Assembly: GCA_951406725.2 (NCBI GenBank)
Contig: OX597816.1
Span: 109,988,001 to 110,052,000 of the forward strand
DNA length: 64,000 nt
Reading direction: 5' to 3'
From: Octopus vulgaris
Lineage: Eukaryota
The translations under genes and the position numbers were made by a program. Below are positions 38,304 to 50,432 of the stretch, in pieces (the first letter of the stretch is position 1; each line of letters begins with the position of its first letter). The notes below the pieces were generated by a model that ran no database searches, was not told the origin of the DNA, and saw only the letters and a list, made by a program, of their open reading frames with translations.

Positions 38304-38490
38304 TATCGCCATGCTTGATCGCTAAATTCCCAAGTACTTTTTATTCTCTCTCTATTTTCTTATATTCCTTTCTGTTGAAGAGTGTAGGTTCGAAACGTAA
38401 AAGGCTTTCTCACTTGCCCGAGCGTCAAACTAACACACCTGCTTGTTGTTCATAATCTCTCTTCGTCCGTTTTTCTGTAAATTTCAACTA
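38304..38490 (+). mobile_element. ~200-bp HHR-bearing element
   Basis: Starts ATCGCCATG like 50433; ccttt CTGTTGA a gagt gtag gttc GAAAC GTA aaagg at 38367-38404; (TA)n on both sides. Confidence 0.8.
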
Positions 38491-38524
38491 TATATACACG
38501 TATATATATATATATATATATATA

Positions 38525-38720
38525 GGGAGAATTTACAAAAAACAAAACAAAATAAAAAACGAAACAGGTGGTGTAAACAAGAAACAGCTGTATTAGTTTA
38601 ACGCTCGGGAATTAAGAAAAATATTTAATGCTTCGAGCCTACGCTTTTCCACAAAAAGGAAAACAGAACGAAACAGGGAGAGAAAGTAAAGAATGTGTAG
38701 TGCCTAGCGACCTATCGTGT
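38525..38720 (-). mobile_element. ~200-bp HHR-bearing element (degenerate core)
   Basis: Homologous to 36425-36611; tail-to-tail with 38304-38490 across (TA)n. Confidence 0.7.
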
Positions 38721-40070
38721 CTGTTCACGATAGTTTGGTTTCATCGTCCAAGGCAAATGATTTTATAAGAGACAATGCCGCTCGATAATGTGTCAACGCA
38801 TGGGTTGCCTCCAGTCTCCAGGTGCCGATATCCTATATCCCATCCGCTAGCATTTCCGGCAATCCTCTACACTGGTTTGTTAAAATTGACACTCAAATGC
38901 ACAGGAACTGTCACTCACACTATAAATATATACATCATATACTAGAAAACTCAGAAGGACAAAAATTATCATTGTTTTCCCAGTTGCACAAATATATAAG
39001 ATACATTTGGTACATTGTAAGTCTGCATGCATCTGTTTATAATTGTATGTTTATAATTGTATGTTTATAATTCTATGTGTATGAATATGTGCGTGTGAGT
39101 TTGCGTCTAGGTGTATACGTGAGAAACATAACTGTTCCATGACATCACGCTGATGATAGATAAAAAGCTTGTTGGAAGAAAACAAATTTCTACCTGCTGT
39201 GGAATATCGACAATTTCACTTTTTATAGTAAACAGTGAGACACACAAAAACACGGACAGACAAATGCACTTACATGAATTTGTGTGTATGAATGGGTATG
39301 TGTGTGTACGTGTGTGTATGTGTTAATAGTTTCACTAAAAATCGACTTGCATAAGACTGCATGGAAATGTAAAAACACTTCAATCATGTGAATAGTTGCT
39401 TCTCAGACACAAGGGTTTCACACGTAGTTAGAACAGCTTTTCATTGTATAATGAGTCTCGTTTGAATTGCTTTGTTCAGATGACGTGACGTAAATACCAT
39501 TTGTAGACTGGTGTTGTTGAATGTATGGAGGTCACTAGGAAGTGTCAATCGCTACTGAAAAAGAAGGTTACTGGCTGGTGTTAGAATCAGAAGCTGGCAG
39601 CTAATAGTATGTCAGAAACTATTGTAGCATGGGTTGATGAAATACTCTCGCTTGCTTTAGGTAGAGATTGCAATAAAATATAGAAGTTTATGAAGGATTT
39701 CAGAAGTACTGTTTGTGATAGTTTCCCTGAAGTTTTGTGGAAAATATGAATAGAATGTGTTGTATATATGTTTAGTTACTGAAAGCAATAACATTTGTAA
39801 ATATATGGCAATAATTATTGAATAATATTAATCTCCCTTTGTTAAAAGTTATCCTGCAGAAAGTACTAAACACCAGCAGAGTTGCAACTATATATGATTG
39901 TTACTTGATACCCCTGGCTTATAAAATATGTGTGATTTCACAGAAAAACAAATCGACTACGCAGCGAGCAAAGAGGCAGCTAACATCTTACAAATACCAA
40001 GCAACATACACTTCATTTCTTTTCATTTTTCCCGAAAAACTTTAATACCAATCACCTTCTCTAGTCTTTA

Positions 40071-41210
40071 CGGTGTTGGGCTGAAAAGTTCATGAGTTGA
40101 TTATGAAGTAGTGGTGCAAGAGCTGTGAAATGTGGCAAGTGTTAATTTTAGCTTTTCTTATTAATAATTACATTGTTTTTTCTCCAGGTAAACTGACATC
40201 CGACTGATCAAGGAACATGTCAACATAACTAGTTGTTATCACCCTTGAAAATGGACAAACTTTGGAATCGTAGTATTATCAAGTACCTGCAGAAGAATGT
40301 TATAATCCTCAAGGCCATTAATGCAACATGGTAGCTACATTAGGAGATAAAGCTCCATCTTTATCAACAGGGAAAATGTGGGAAACTGAATTTAAGTAGG
40401 AGGGATTATCTTGAAGATAACCAAAGTCTAGGCGTCCAGCAAATATCACTATCGAAGGAAACATTGATGTTCACCACATGGTGATGGATGACAGGTCATT
40501 GATTATGTATTAAATAGCCAAATATATTAGCATATCCCGTGAAAACGTTGAGAATATATTGCATAAAGAACTTGGCATGACAAAGGTTTCAGGCAGATCC
40601 AGCTGATTTCTTTAAATGTCTCCTACCCCCGGCTGCATGCTGAGTTCATTGCCGTGAGCCAGAGAAAAAGGAGAATCCATGCATTAAAAACATCCCTCCT
40701 CAACTGCTCCAAGATGATGCATGGAAGATGATGGACTCAGTAGTCTGGGATGTGTAAGGCAATGTCTTTATTGACTACCTTCAAAATGGCCACAACATCA
40801 ATGGAGGGGGCCATGTCTATCTGTTGAAGTTGTTACGAGAACCTATCAACACCAAAATCGAGGAAATTGACGAAAGTTACATTGTTTCGTCAGGACAATG
40901 CTCCAGCAAAGCATCTTTGGTTTCAATGACTGTTGTGCGTGGCTATAGATTTAAACTAGTTGATCAACCACCCTATTCTCCTGATTTGGAACCATCTGAT
41001 TATTCTCTCTGATCCCTACCATGAAAACGCACTTGCCTGGGAACAAGTATCTCAGTGATGGCGTTATACCCGCTGCTGATATCATTTTGACCAACAAGTT
41101 GAAAGCTTCTTTACCAATGCGTTCCAAGTACTGCAACAACCATAGGTTACATTTGGTTACGTTATCTGAGTGTATCTGGATCAGTGTATGAACGTTTCAG
41201 CCCATACTCG
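40071..41210 (+). mobile_element. Mariner transposon, near full length, degenerate
   Basis: TIRs GGGCTGAAAAGTTCAT / ATGAACGTTTCAGCCC with flanking TA; MDKLWNRSIIKYLQK at 40251, LHKELGMTKVS, FRQDNAPA, PPYSPDLEPSDY. Confidence 0.9.
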
Positions 41211-41499
41211 TAGTCTATCCTCGTTTACAATACCTTGCTTTTAACCAGTCTTTGAGAAGTACCTCGGAGCAAGACAATTTGTTTCCTCTATCCCACTATA
41301 ACTTGTTGCAAAACTTTCACATAGAAAGTTGATCAATTCAACATCTTCATAACATTACTGGAGACTGCAGCATATCAAACACATGTTTATCAGTTGGATA
41401 ACGGAGTTTTATTGCAGATATAAAATGAAGACAATTCCACGAAATGTACGTGTGACACTGTTTGTTTTAAGGCACCCATGAGTAGTATACCCGTAGTTG

Positions 41500-41785
41500 T
41501 GTTGCCTTTGAGAATCCTACTCTTCTCCTTCTTCTTTGTAGTGTCTGCCACGAAGTATCACCTGCATTTCTGACCCTACACAATGAACCACTGCTTCATA
41601 GCTAGAAATTTCACACCGTTCCTGGCAGATTGCATCGCACCGAGTGTCTCCTTCCACATCGCAAATGCAACTCTCTGGTCCACCGCTACCTTCGCTTTTC
41701 ACTTATGTCCATTATAGATTAGAAGCCACGTTTTGAAGTAGGCGAATTCTCAAATTCCTACATCCTCATAACCAAGAAATCTATG
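41500..41785 (-). mobile_element. Possible old LINE 3' remnant
   Basis: GC-richer block; DISEKRR*RW resembles the RTE xxxKxRWAGH region only weakly. Confidence 0.2.
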
Positions 41786-42759
41786 GTCGCTTTCTTTCAA
41801 TAGACAAATAGTAATATTAGGGAATATCCTTTAGACACGGAAACACTTCATATGCTTTATACGCAGTAGTTGACGCAAAGTTGTTGGTAACTATACAAAC
41901 AGGTGACAATAAATCTTTGCCTTTTCATAAATCAGTTTCCTGTTTAACAAATTCAATCACTCGCTACTATATATAAATCATATTTATTCATATGCGTATG
42001 TATGTCTGTCTTTTGTTTGTATTTGTTCTCCCAATGATGTTTTTTTTTTATTTACATCTATGTAAATTAGCATTTCCCTCAAGAGAACGTTAGAATAAGC
42101 ACCGCCTTTAAAAAAGTTAAATTGTGAGATTGATTCGTTCGACTAAAATATTTGACGATGGTACCTCAGCATGACGCATTCCAATAACTAAAACACGTAA
42201 AACATATATATTTACATAAGTATACATATGTATATACATGTGCATATTTCAGTTCGTGTGTGTGTGTGTGTCCGTGTGTGTATATGTGTGTGTGTAAGTA
42301 TGTCGGGTCAGGTACTATTTTAATGCAGACCATTTTAGCATAATTGTTACAAGGATTCATAACAGACACACATTAGCAGCAATTATGCATAAAGATACAT
42401 TTACACATATACATGTATGCACACGCATTCACACAGGCACACACACGCATACACATATAATGCGAATGGTGCTACTGTTACTAGAATGCAAGGCAGTGCC
42501 CTTGCATCGCCGCAGTCTCGTGACTGGAACAAGAAGAAATATATAACACACATACATGTTATAACGGTAACATTGGAAACATTACGAATAATAATAGTAA
42601 AAATAACGATACGATTAATACCAATTTTATTAACGTTAATAACCTTAAGAATAACGATTATAAAGCCATACTAATAACAACATAATCAACAGTTATCGTA
42701 ATAATAATACACATAGTAGAAACATGAAAAACACTAATAAGAACTCATTTGTTAATAAA

Positions 42760-43200
42760 GAAGTGAAAAGTTGCAGTTTAAGAGAGAAAGCTGAATGTCC
42801 TATGGGAAATGAATGTCTACGAAAGACCATTATATATAAAAGCATATTCTAGGTTCAAACAAAACATTTGCATATATAGTTGCTACAAGTGATTTAGAAA
42901 TAAAAACTCGATGGCCTAATCGTGTTGTATTATTCCAAAGCGAAGACAAAAGGCACAAAACATCTCTCACCAACCTTATATGGAATGCCATAGAAAAAGA
43001 GCACTATGTAATATTTCCTGTCACTGACAAAAACTGCGTACCCATACAATGCGAACTATAGTTTAAGCAATCTTTGCTTAGAACATATTCTGTGTCTTTT
43101 ACTGTTCGAGGATTAATTAATCAACATACACTCTGACATCATTACGATGCGTACCTCTAAGTTTAGAAAAGTTTTCAATACATATTCAGAAAATATTTAA
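42760..43200 (+). mobile_element. PLE GIY-YIG remnant (CxCR..CP..C type)
   Basis: SCSLREKAECPMGNECLRKTIIYK, then KTRWPN and KTSLTNLIW across frameshifts. Confidence 0.7.
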
Positions 43201-43399
43201 TACCCAGCATTTAATTACTTAATCAATATAAGTGAGCACTTTATTCATGCAACTCTCTGTGAGTAGTTTTGCATATATCAACCACCGTATCTATTTAGAA
43301 ATGTGATTATGCTAATTTATTCATATAATTTTGTCAACCTTTACTGTTTTAGCTCTTAACTATATCGTAAATTTTAAATCGTTAACGTTTGATTTCCCT

Positions 43400-43500
43400 A
43401 TGTATGTATGTGTGTAAGTATGTATGTATGTATGTACGTATGTATGTATGTATGTATGTATGTATGTATGTATGTATGTATGTATGTATGAATGTATGTG
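43400..43500. repeat. (TATG)n microsatellite
   Basis: Visible run. Confidence 0.95.
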
Positions 43501-43514
43501 TGTTATATATTTCT

Positions 43515-43717
43515 TCTCGTTTCAGTCATAAGACTACGGCCCTGCAAGGGCACTGCCTTGCATTCTAGTCGAGCTTATCGACCTCAGAATTTATTATCTA
43601 TTCGTTTGTAAAGCCTGGCACATTCGATCTAAGCCGAACCGTTAAGAAACGGAGATGTAAGAACCAGTGTTGGGGAACAAGCACATAAACAGAGGCATAC
43701 ACACTCATGTACATATG

Positions 43718-43759
<42 letters not shown>

Positions 43760-43845
43760 CGTGCGTGTGTATATAGGACGGGTTTCTTTCAGTTTCGGTC
43801 TACCAAATCCATACACAATGTTTCCGTTAGCACAAGGCTATACAG
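43515..43845 (-). mobile_element. SINE family B, degenerate
   Basis: TTTCAGTCAT..GACT.CGGCC...GCCGAACCGTTAAG...TTCTTTCAGTTTCGGTCTACCAAATCCA. Confidence 0.75.
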
Positions 43846-44295
43846 GTCTGTATATACGAGTTTATAGTAGGTGGCAACTGAAAAAAACCCATCACAGACA
43901 AGGACGCAACACACATACGCGTGCACATACGCACGCACACACGCGCACCCTCCCACCTTTTTCCATTTCTTTTGACAGGCTGAACTGAATTTGTGGTTTA
44001 GGATCATATGATATTTTTTCTTAACTATCATATGGTAATGAATTGATTGTAATTGAATCAACATGAGGTATCTATTCCGTGGAATATATTTGGATTTAGC
44101 AAACTCTTTGTATTTATGACTTATAAAAATAGACTTACCAATCTTGCAGAAATACTAGTAAGATGATGTAAAGCAAATACCACCATGAGTGATATCCAAA
44201 CTATAGTGGAAATGTAAGCCACTGGATTTGGTTAAAAAGAGACGGTGAACAATGGCTAGAAGAATATTGAGCTATATCTGATAACCATGATAATC

Positions 44296-44480
44296 ATGAG
44301 AGGCCTGTGCCCGATTATGCAGTCAAGAGATAGGCTCCGAAACGGTACGCATTCTCTCTTGATGATCCCATGCACTTTCTAGCATCCGGTATGCGGGACT
44401 TTCGACTGGTAGAACTTGCATGTGCAAGTTGTTTACAAAACATCTATGTCCATGTGCAAGTTGTTTGGAAAACATCTCTG
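44296..44480 (-). repeat. Unclassified dispersed repeat (copy 2) with 32-bp terminal duplication
   Basis: Matches 29954-30120; CATGTGCAAGTTGTTT..AAAACATCT occurs twice. Confidence 0.75.
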
Positions 44481-45874
44481 GCAATATTTCGGCAATGATG
44501 TACTGGTAAAGTGGAGATTAATCCATTGTAGTATTATACCATAAAGTGTGTTTACTCAATCAATTATATTTTCTTTATATGTTATTCAACAAATATCCAC
44601 AGATTTCAACATGTATCTTTGGCAATGTAATCTATTTTGGACGTATGTTAGTCGATACCTGTAGAAGGTCTATCTATAGCAAACTACGAGGTATATATCA
44701 AAATTGAATTGTACCTTACTTTCTGCAATATGGACACCTCATCGTTCTCATTCGTCATCCACTTCTTTAGATCCGTAAGTCCAGGTCATTTTGGGGGAAA
44801 TTTAGGATTTCATTCTTAACTGAGCTGCTATCCTACATGTTTTTGCTAACAACGATTTCAGCATTGTTCATCACAAAATGACGGAAAAAGATGCTTATAA
44901 GAAAGAGTTATTTGTTTCACGTTCCTCGTGAGCCGATTCTACCCATAATAAATAAATAAATAATACAAAGTGACAAACGCCGGGATGCATTACTGGTGTG
45001 TGTGTATATATATGTATATATATATGTGTGTGCATGTGTGTGCGTGATTTGTATGTGTGTGTGCGTATGTATTTATGTATGTAATGATATTTATATTTAT
45101 ATGCAAAGATAGTAACATATATTCACATACATGCTTACCTAGAAAAATATTTACTTATATGTGTTGGAATATTTGAATATATATTTATATATGTGTGTGT
45201 GTGAGTGTATGTGTGTTTGTATGTGTGCGTGAGTATGTGTGAGTGTGTGTGAGTGTGCGTGAGCGTGCGAGTGTGATTACATATATACATATTATATTTG
45301 TTTGTTTGTATATAGATATATACGCACAAAATCGCATAATTATATTATTTTGTAGAAATATATATATATACACCTGTTTGAATGTAACTGAGGTATCTAT
45401 CTAATAATGTGTCTACTTATTCGCGTATCTCTCTGCCTACTTGCCTCGCTCTAACAATTTACCTTCTTTTTATATTCATTCTATGCTTTTGTATTTGTGT
45501 CTTTTTATATACAGGTATATTAAGGCATATATATTAAACGCTCACAGTCACTCATATATACTTACACTTATTTTTCTTATGTGATTGCGTGCTGCCAATA
45601 ATGTGTATGATTTAAAATACACTAACCCTGAAACGCTGTGAATAAAATACGAAAACTATAAATTTCTTGAAGAAATTCGGTTTAATGCCCTAGCCTAATT
45701 ATAAATTCCACCCAAAAAATAATAATGCATAGCTACTGATTATATAGTTCCTGCATAAATAATTACTAGGTTAGGTTACAGCTAGAAGCAATAAGGTTTT
45801 AATTTTCTCTTCCAATTGAAAGTGAAAAAATTACGTGTTTGTGAATAAATTTACAAGATTGGGATCCTATATGC

Positions 45875-45967
45875 CTACATACATACATGCATACATACAT
45901 ACATACATACATACATGCATGCATACATACGTACGCACGTACATATATACATACGTGTGAGTATGTT

Positions 45968-46043
<76 letters not shown>

Positions 46044-46110
46044 GGCAATATGTGTATGCTTGTGTGGGAGTCTTTACCTGTTCGGGAACACATTCAGACA
46101 TACATATTAA

Positions 46111-46162
<52 letters not shown>
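45875..46162. repeat. Compound (TACA)n/(TG)n/(GA)n/(TA)n microsatellites
   Basis: Visible runs. Confidence 0.9.
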
Positions 46163-46356
46163 GCATCGTTTCATGTTTTACGAGCTGTTAATAGTAGCCA
46201 TATACATATACATACTCACAAATATGTGTGCGTGCCAAGCAATCAATTCAGATCAGGATATATTACCAACCTCAGCTTTTCTCTTTATATCTCTCGTGTT
46301 ATATATATTTCGCCCTCTCTGTCTCTTTGAATATATACAAACATACATTCAAATGA

Positions 46357-46823
46357 ATGAACCGATTTCGCTCCGCAATATATAATAAAGAAATGCAAAA
46401 GAAAATTCTAGCTAAGTCACAAGTATTTACTCACAATCAACTTATATTTCCTGCCTTACAAATATTCAATGTCGCCACCACCGGCATCACAGGCAACAAC
46501 AGTGCGATAACAGAATTCCTCCCTGACGAGTATCAGCATATCAAAAACTTTATTATAGAATGAAAGAAACAATTTGCTTCGCTTGAGGCGATTCCAGGAG
46601 ATATTGTCATAGAAGGGAAACGGAAAAACTTCGATAAAGCATTCAGCCAGATAGCCAAAGAAGTACTCAGTGGATCATGATATGCTGATACGCGTCTGAG
46701 ACAACATTCATGTTGTCCGTGCTTCGGGAAATAAAAGATGATTGGGAGTAAATACTTGTGACATAGCTGGAATTTTCTGTTGCTTTTCCTTATTAAAATA
46801 TTGCGTAATGAAATCGGCTCATT
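46357..46823. repeat. Fold-back inverted repeat
   Basis: GTCACAAGTATTTACTC / GAGTAAATACTTGTGAC; AATGAACCGATTTC / GAAATCGGCTCATT; inner GTATCAGCATATCA / TGATATGCTGATAC. Confidence 0.8.
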
Positions 46824-46861
46824 ATTTTTGAATAATTGTATATATATATATATATATATAT

Positions 46862-46946
<85 letters not shown>

Positions 46947-47084
46947 TAGATAGATAGATAGATAAGAAAGTTGGTTTGTAAAAGCACGTGGGTGAATATA
47001 TAGAAAATAATAAAGAGTGAAAAAACGACAGAAGGCTTAAATGTTAAAAAATATATATATTTTTGCGTCAATATGTCTGAAGAA

Positions 47085-47975
47085 TATTAGAAAATTAAAA
47101 AAAAATTTTTTTTTCTCTTATAATGACATAATTTAAAAGAAAGACCGGTTTCGCGTGTAGCTTTCCAAATTTCTTGCGACGTTATGTTTATGTTGAATAG
47201 AGTCATCGTTATGTTTATATTCAGGAGAGTTCAACATAAGGGGAGGTAGTGAGTGATTTCTTCCGGTGTAAGGGAGATAATCGCTTAAAAATTTTTTCCT
47301 TTCCCTTGGTGTGAATTTCTCTGTATCAGTATGTTCGGATGGTTGAGTCTGGGCTTGTACTTTTCAATGAAGAATGTTTCCTTGTTTAGTCTAATTTGTG
47401 TTGATGATCCGAAAGCACATTGGTAAAATGGAAAGATTAAAAATCGTGGTAGAAGTTGCTTTGCGCATTTCTCAATGTGCTCACTAAAAGGTATCATTCT
47501 ATATTCTGGGAATGCAACCTTTGTCGATGCAGTGTGCATCTACGTCTGAGTGATAGTCCCGTGGAACCCACGTAGTCTTGGTGGCAGCCTGAGCATTTTA
47601 TGACGTAAATTATGTTTTCAGAGGCACAAGTAAAGTTAGATTTGATCTTGAATTTCTGTCCCTCTTTAAAGAGGCATTCTGATCCTTCTAGCAGGTTAGG
47701 ACATGTTGCACAGTTCTATCTACCACATTTTTTTACTTTTGCATCCGTAATTTCAGAAGACAATTTTGCCTTTGTGAGAATCTTTTTAAGTGATTTAGGC
47801 TGTTTGTAGCTTTTAGTGATTTGGTGTATGTTTAAAATTTCCTTTAATTTGGGGTCTTTATGAAGTATTGGTAAATTCTGGGTGATGATGGTGAAGGCTT
47901 CTTTGTTTCTGGGGTTGTATGTAGATATGTAAGGTAGTATTTTCGGGGAAGGTGTGTTGTTGTGTTGAACTTTTC
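47085..47975 (-). mobile_element. Penelope-like element 3' part: linker, GIY-YIG endonuclease and 3'UTR
   Basis: LPYISTYNPRN..KQPKSLKKILT..KCGR*NCATC..NFTCASENIIYVIKCSGCHQDYVGST..IRLNKETFFIEKYKPRLN. Confidence 0.92.
47137..47175 (-). ncRNA. Hammerhead ribozyme-like motif, U3-A8 (G6) core variant
   Basis: aagaaa t TTGGAAA gc tacac gc GAAAC CG GTC tttctt; 6-bp stem I; ~110 bp past the GIY-YIG stop. Confidence 0.55.
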
Positions 47976-48327
47976 TTATATATATATATAATTTATAAAC
48001 ATAGGCAAAAGAAAAAATATTTCTATGCTAATATGCTGCGAATAGATTTTAAATCATCAATTTTCACTTTTATAATATACATTCACTATAGATACACGTC
48101 ATGCTGAAATTGAGGAAGACAAGCAAACAGAATTTAAAAAAAAATTGTTATTTCTATATTTAATCAATTTCGGGATTAATCCTACGGATTTTTCCCTCTT
48201 CAGTAGAAAATGCGATATGAATTAAATGAAATACTTAAAAGCACCCTTGGAAAAAAGTAGAAGCAAGAGTCATGTATACACAAAAGTACTCCAGTTATAT
48301 CTAAGTGTAAAATCCTTTAGCAAGCCT

Positions 48328-48440
48328 CGTGAAATATAGTGTCTTCCTCAATAACACAGCACGCAGACCGGTCCGGGAATCGAACTCGCACTCTCACGAT
48401 CGTAAGCTCGACGCTCTCACCCCTGAGCCATGCGCCTTCA
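48328..48440 (-). mobile_element. tRNA-derived SINE head (family C)
   Basis: GGCGCATGGCTCAGGGGTGAGAGCGTCGAGCTTACGATCGTGAGAGTGCGAGTTCGATTCCCGG with A and B boxes. Confidence 0.75.
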
Positions 48441-48517
48441 CATATATAAATATCTATCTATCTATATACGACATTTTTTTGTTTACGTATATATATACAT
48501 ACACATATATGTATATA

Positions 48518-48704
48518 GGCTCCGGCAGTGGGGGTGGCGATCCCTGCCGTAGTCTTTCGCCGCAACTTTCTCTCACTGTTTCTTCTGTTGGCCTGCTCGT
48601 TTAGCCAGTGGGGTGGCGTCATTTGAAAGTTAAATCAATGCGAAGCGCATTGTGACCAGCGATGTGTAGCAACATCTGATAGCCTGGTCGGTCATGTGAT
48701 CACT

Positions 48705-48708
<4 letters not shown>
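48518..48708 (+). mobile_element. SINE-like element with an RTE 5'UTR-related segment
   Basis: 48590-48637 is similar to 4563-4610; flanked by (TA)n. Confidence 0.5.
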
Positions 48709-48759
<51 letters not shown>

Positions 48760-48887
48760 CATATATATATATACATACATATACAATGGCGGTGCCCCAG
48801 CATGGCCACAGCTCAAGAGCTGAAACTGGAAAACAAACATAAACATAATACATACATACATACATACACACATACACATATATACAT

Positions 48888-49330
48888 GTTAGGTTGTCCA
48901 GACAGTTCCGAGAGTCTTTACGCTCACTATCATAATCCATTGTTTGAAGTGGTAGTGCATCTCTTCTCCCTCATTTAAAGTAGATTTATTTTTAGTCCGG
49001 TTACCTGTTGTTGACATTAAGATGGATAACCCAAAATTTCATATTGGTGTTGTAATGCTTCTCTTTTTTAAACATAGAAGAAAATACTGCATGAGTTGCA
49101 AAAATATTTGTGAAGTTTATGGTAGTATTGCTGTAGGTGAATCAAGTGTTCAAAGGTGGTTCGTAAAATTTAATGCTGGAGAGTTAAGCTTCTAATATGA
49201 CAGTCACAGTGGAAGACCTTCAAACTTGGCGGAAGAGATTTTGAAGGCAAAATTCGAAGAAAACTCAATTATCATGACAAGAGAACCTGCAGAGGAGGTG
49301 GGAGTTTCTAAAAGTACGGTTCATTAAGCA
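48888..49330 (+). mobile_element. Mariner 5' remnant (HTH region)
   Basis: KNICEVYGSIAVGESSVQRWFVKFNAGELSF*YDSHSGRPS...MTREPAEEVGVSKSTVH. Confidence 0.85.
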
Positions 49331-49379
49331 TATAATTTTTTGCATATTAAAAAACACTCATAACTTTCTGGACAACATG

Positions 49380-49585
49380 ACAGCGTGTGTACCGTTGGCG
49401 ATTTTTTTTTCCTCTGTCTTCCCTTCTCTGGATCTTTCCTTCTTCTATGTTTCCGATGAAGAGCTCCGCTCGAAACGTTAAACCCTACTTCTGTCCTACT
49501 TTCCTGAGCGTCCAATAATACTATATTTGTTCCAGATCCTCGCGTTGTTGTGTTTTTTTTGTGCTTTCATGTTTGGATTAACTTT
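49380..49585 (+). mobile_element. ~200-bp HHR-bearing element, related subfamily
   Basis: gttt CCGATGA a gagc tcc gctc GAAAC GTT aaac at 49449-49483; shares TTTCCTGAGCG with 50433-50648; ends in (TA)n. Confidence 0.7.
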
Positions 49586-49978
49586 ATATATATATATATA
49601 TATATAATTCAGCTGCTGACACTGAAGACACTTAGTCCTGTCGCACATAACAGATGATTCTTGTTTTCTAATAAAAAAAGTATGAGTGATTTTATGCTTC
49701 ATGTTCTGAAAAGATATCCACTTTAAAATGGATATTAACATTGCAAAGTGAAGCACAGCTTTATATATTTCATAGAGATACCTGGTTTTTTTTTTATAAT
49801 TGAGGAGGGGGAAAGCCTTTTTATAATTTTTCCATGAGCTTTTAACGGTTTTCTAGTGATTTTACAATTCCAATATTTGTGGCGGACAGAAGTAAAATCG
49901 TGTAAAATGACAAACCTAATTTTAATTTTTTTATTTCATTTTTGAAAACCGACGTAAAATCCAGAACGACTTAATCGA

Positions 49979-50351
49979 AACGACATCGTACTCATCGCTG
50001 AAAACATGGATCAGCTTCAGACATCAAAAGTTCTGCAGTAGGTCTCAAGATGAACCGCATGAAAACAAAGTTCATGCGGTCAGACAACATACCAACAGGT
50101 CGAATGGTGATCGGCAGTGATGAAATAGAGGAGGTGAGAGAATATGTCTACCTGGGACAGGAAGTAAATATGTGCCGAGATATCAAAAAAGGAGATCTCA
50201 CGGAGAGTAAGGGCCGGATGGAAGGCGTTCAATGGCATAAGGGACGTGCTCAAGTGAAGGTTGGACAGGACCACCCGCGCCAACCTCATTAACAGTGCAG
50301 TTTTGCCTGCAATGTTATATGGTAGTGAAACATGGGCCACCACAAAGAGAG
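49979..50351 (+). mobile_element. RTE-clade RT C-terminal fragment
   Basis: DIVLIAEN..VGLKMNRMKTKFM..EEVREYVYLGQ..EISRRVRAGWKAF..VLPAMLYGSETWATT. Confidence 0.9.
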
Positions 50352-50352
50352 A

Positions 50353-50411
<59 letters not shown>

Positions 50412-50432
50412 TCGCCATATATATATATATAC

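Noticed and set aside
39033-39071. 14-bp tandem repeat (TGTTTATAATTGTA)
   Set aside because: Ordinary slippage; no spacers, not CRISPR-like.
48370-48440. tRNA gene candidate
   Set aside because: The acceptor stem does not pair and it runs into a SINE body; it is a SINE head.
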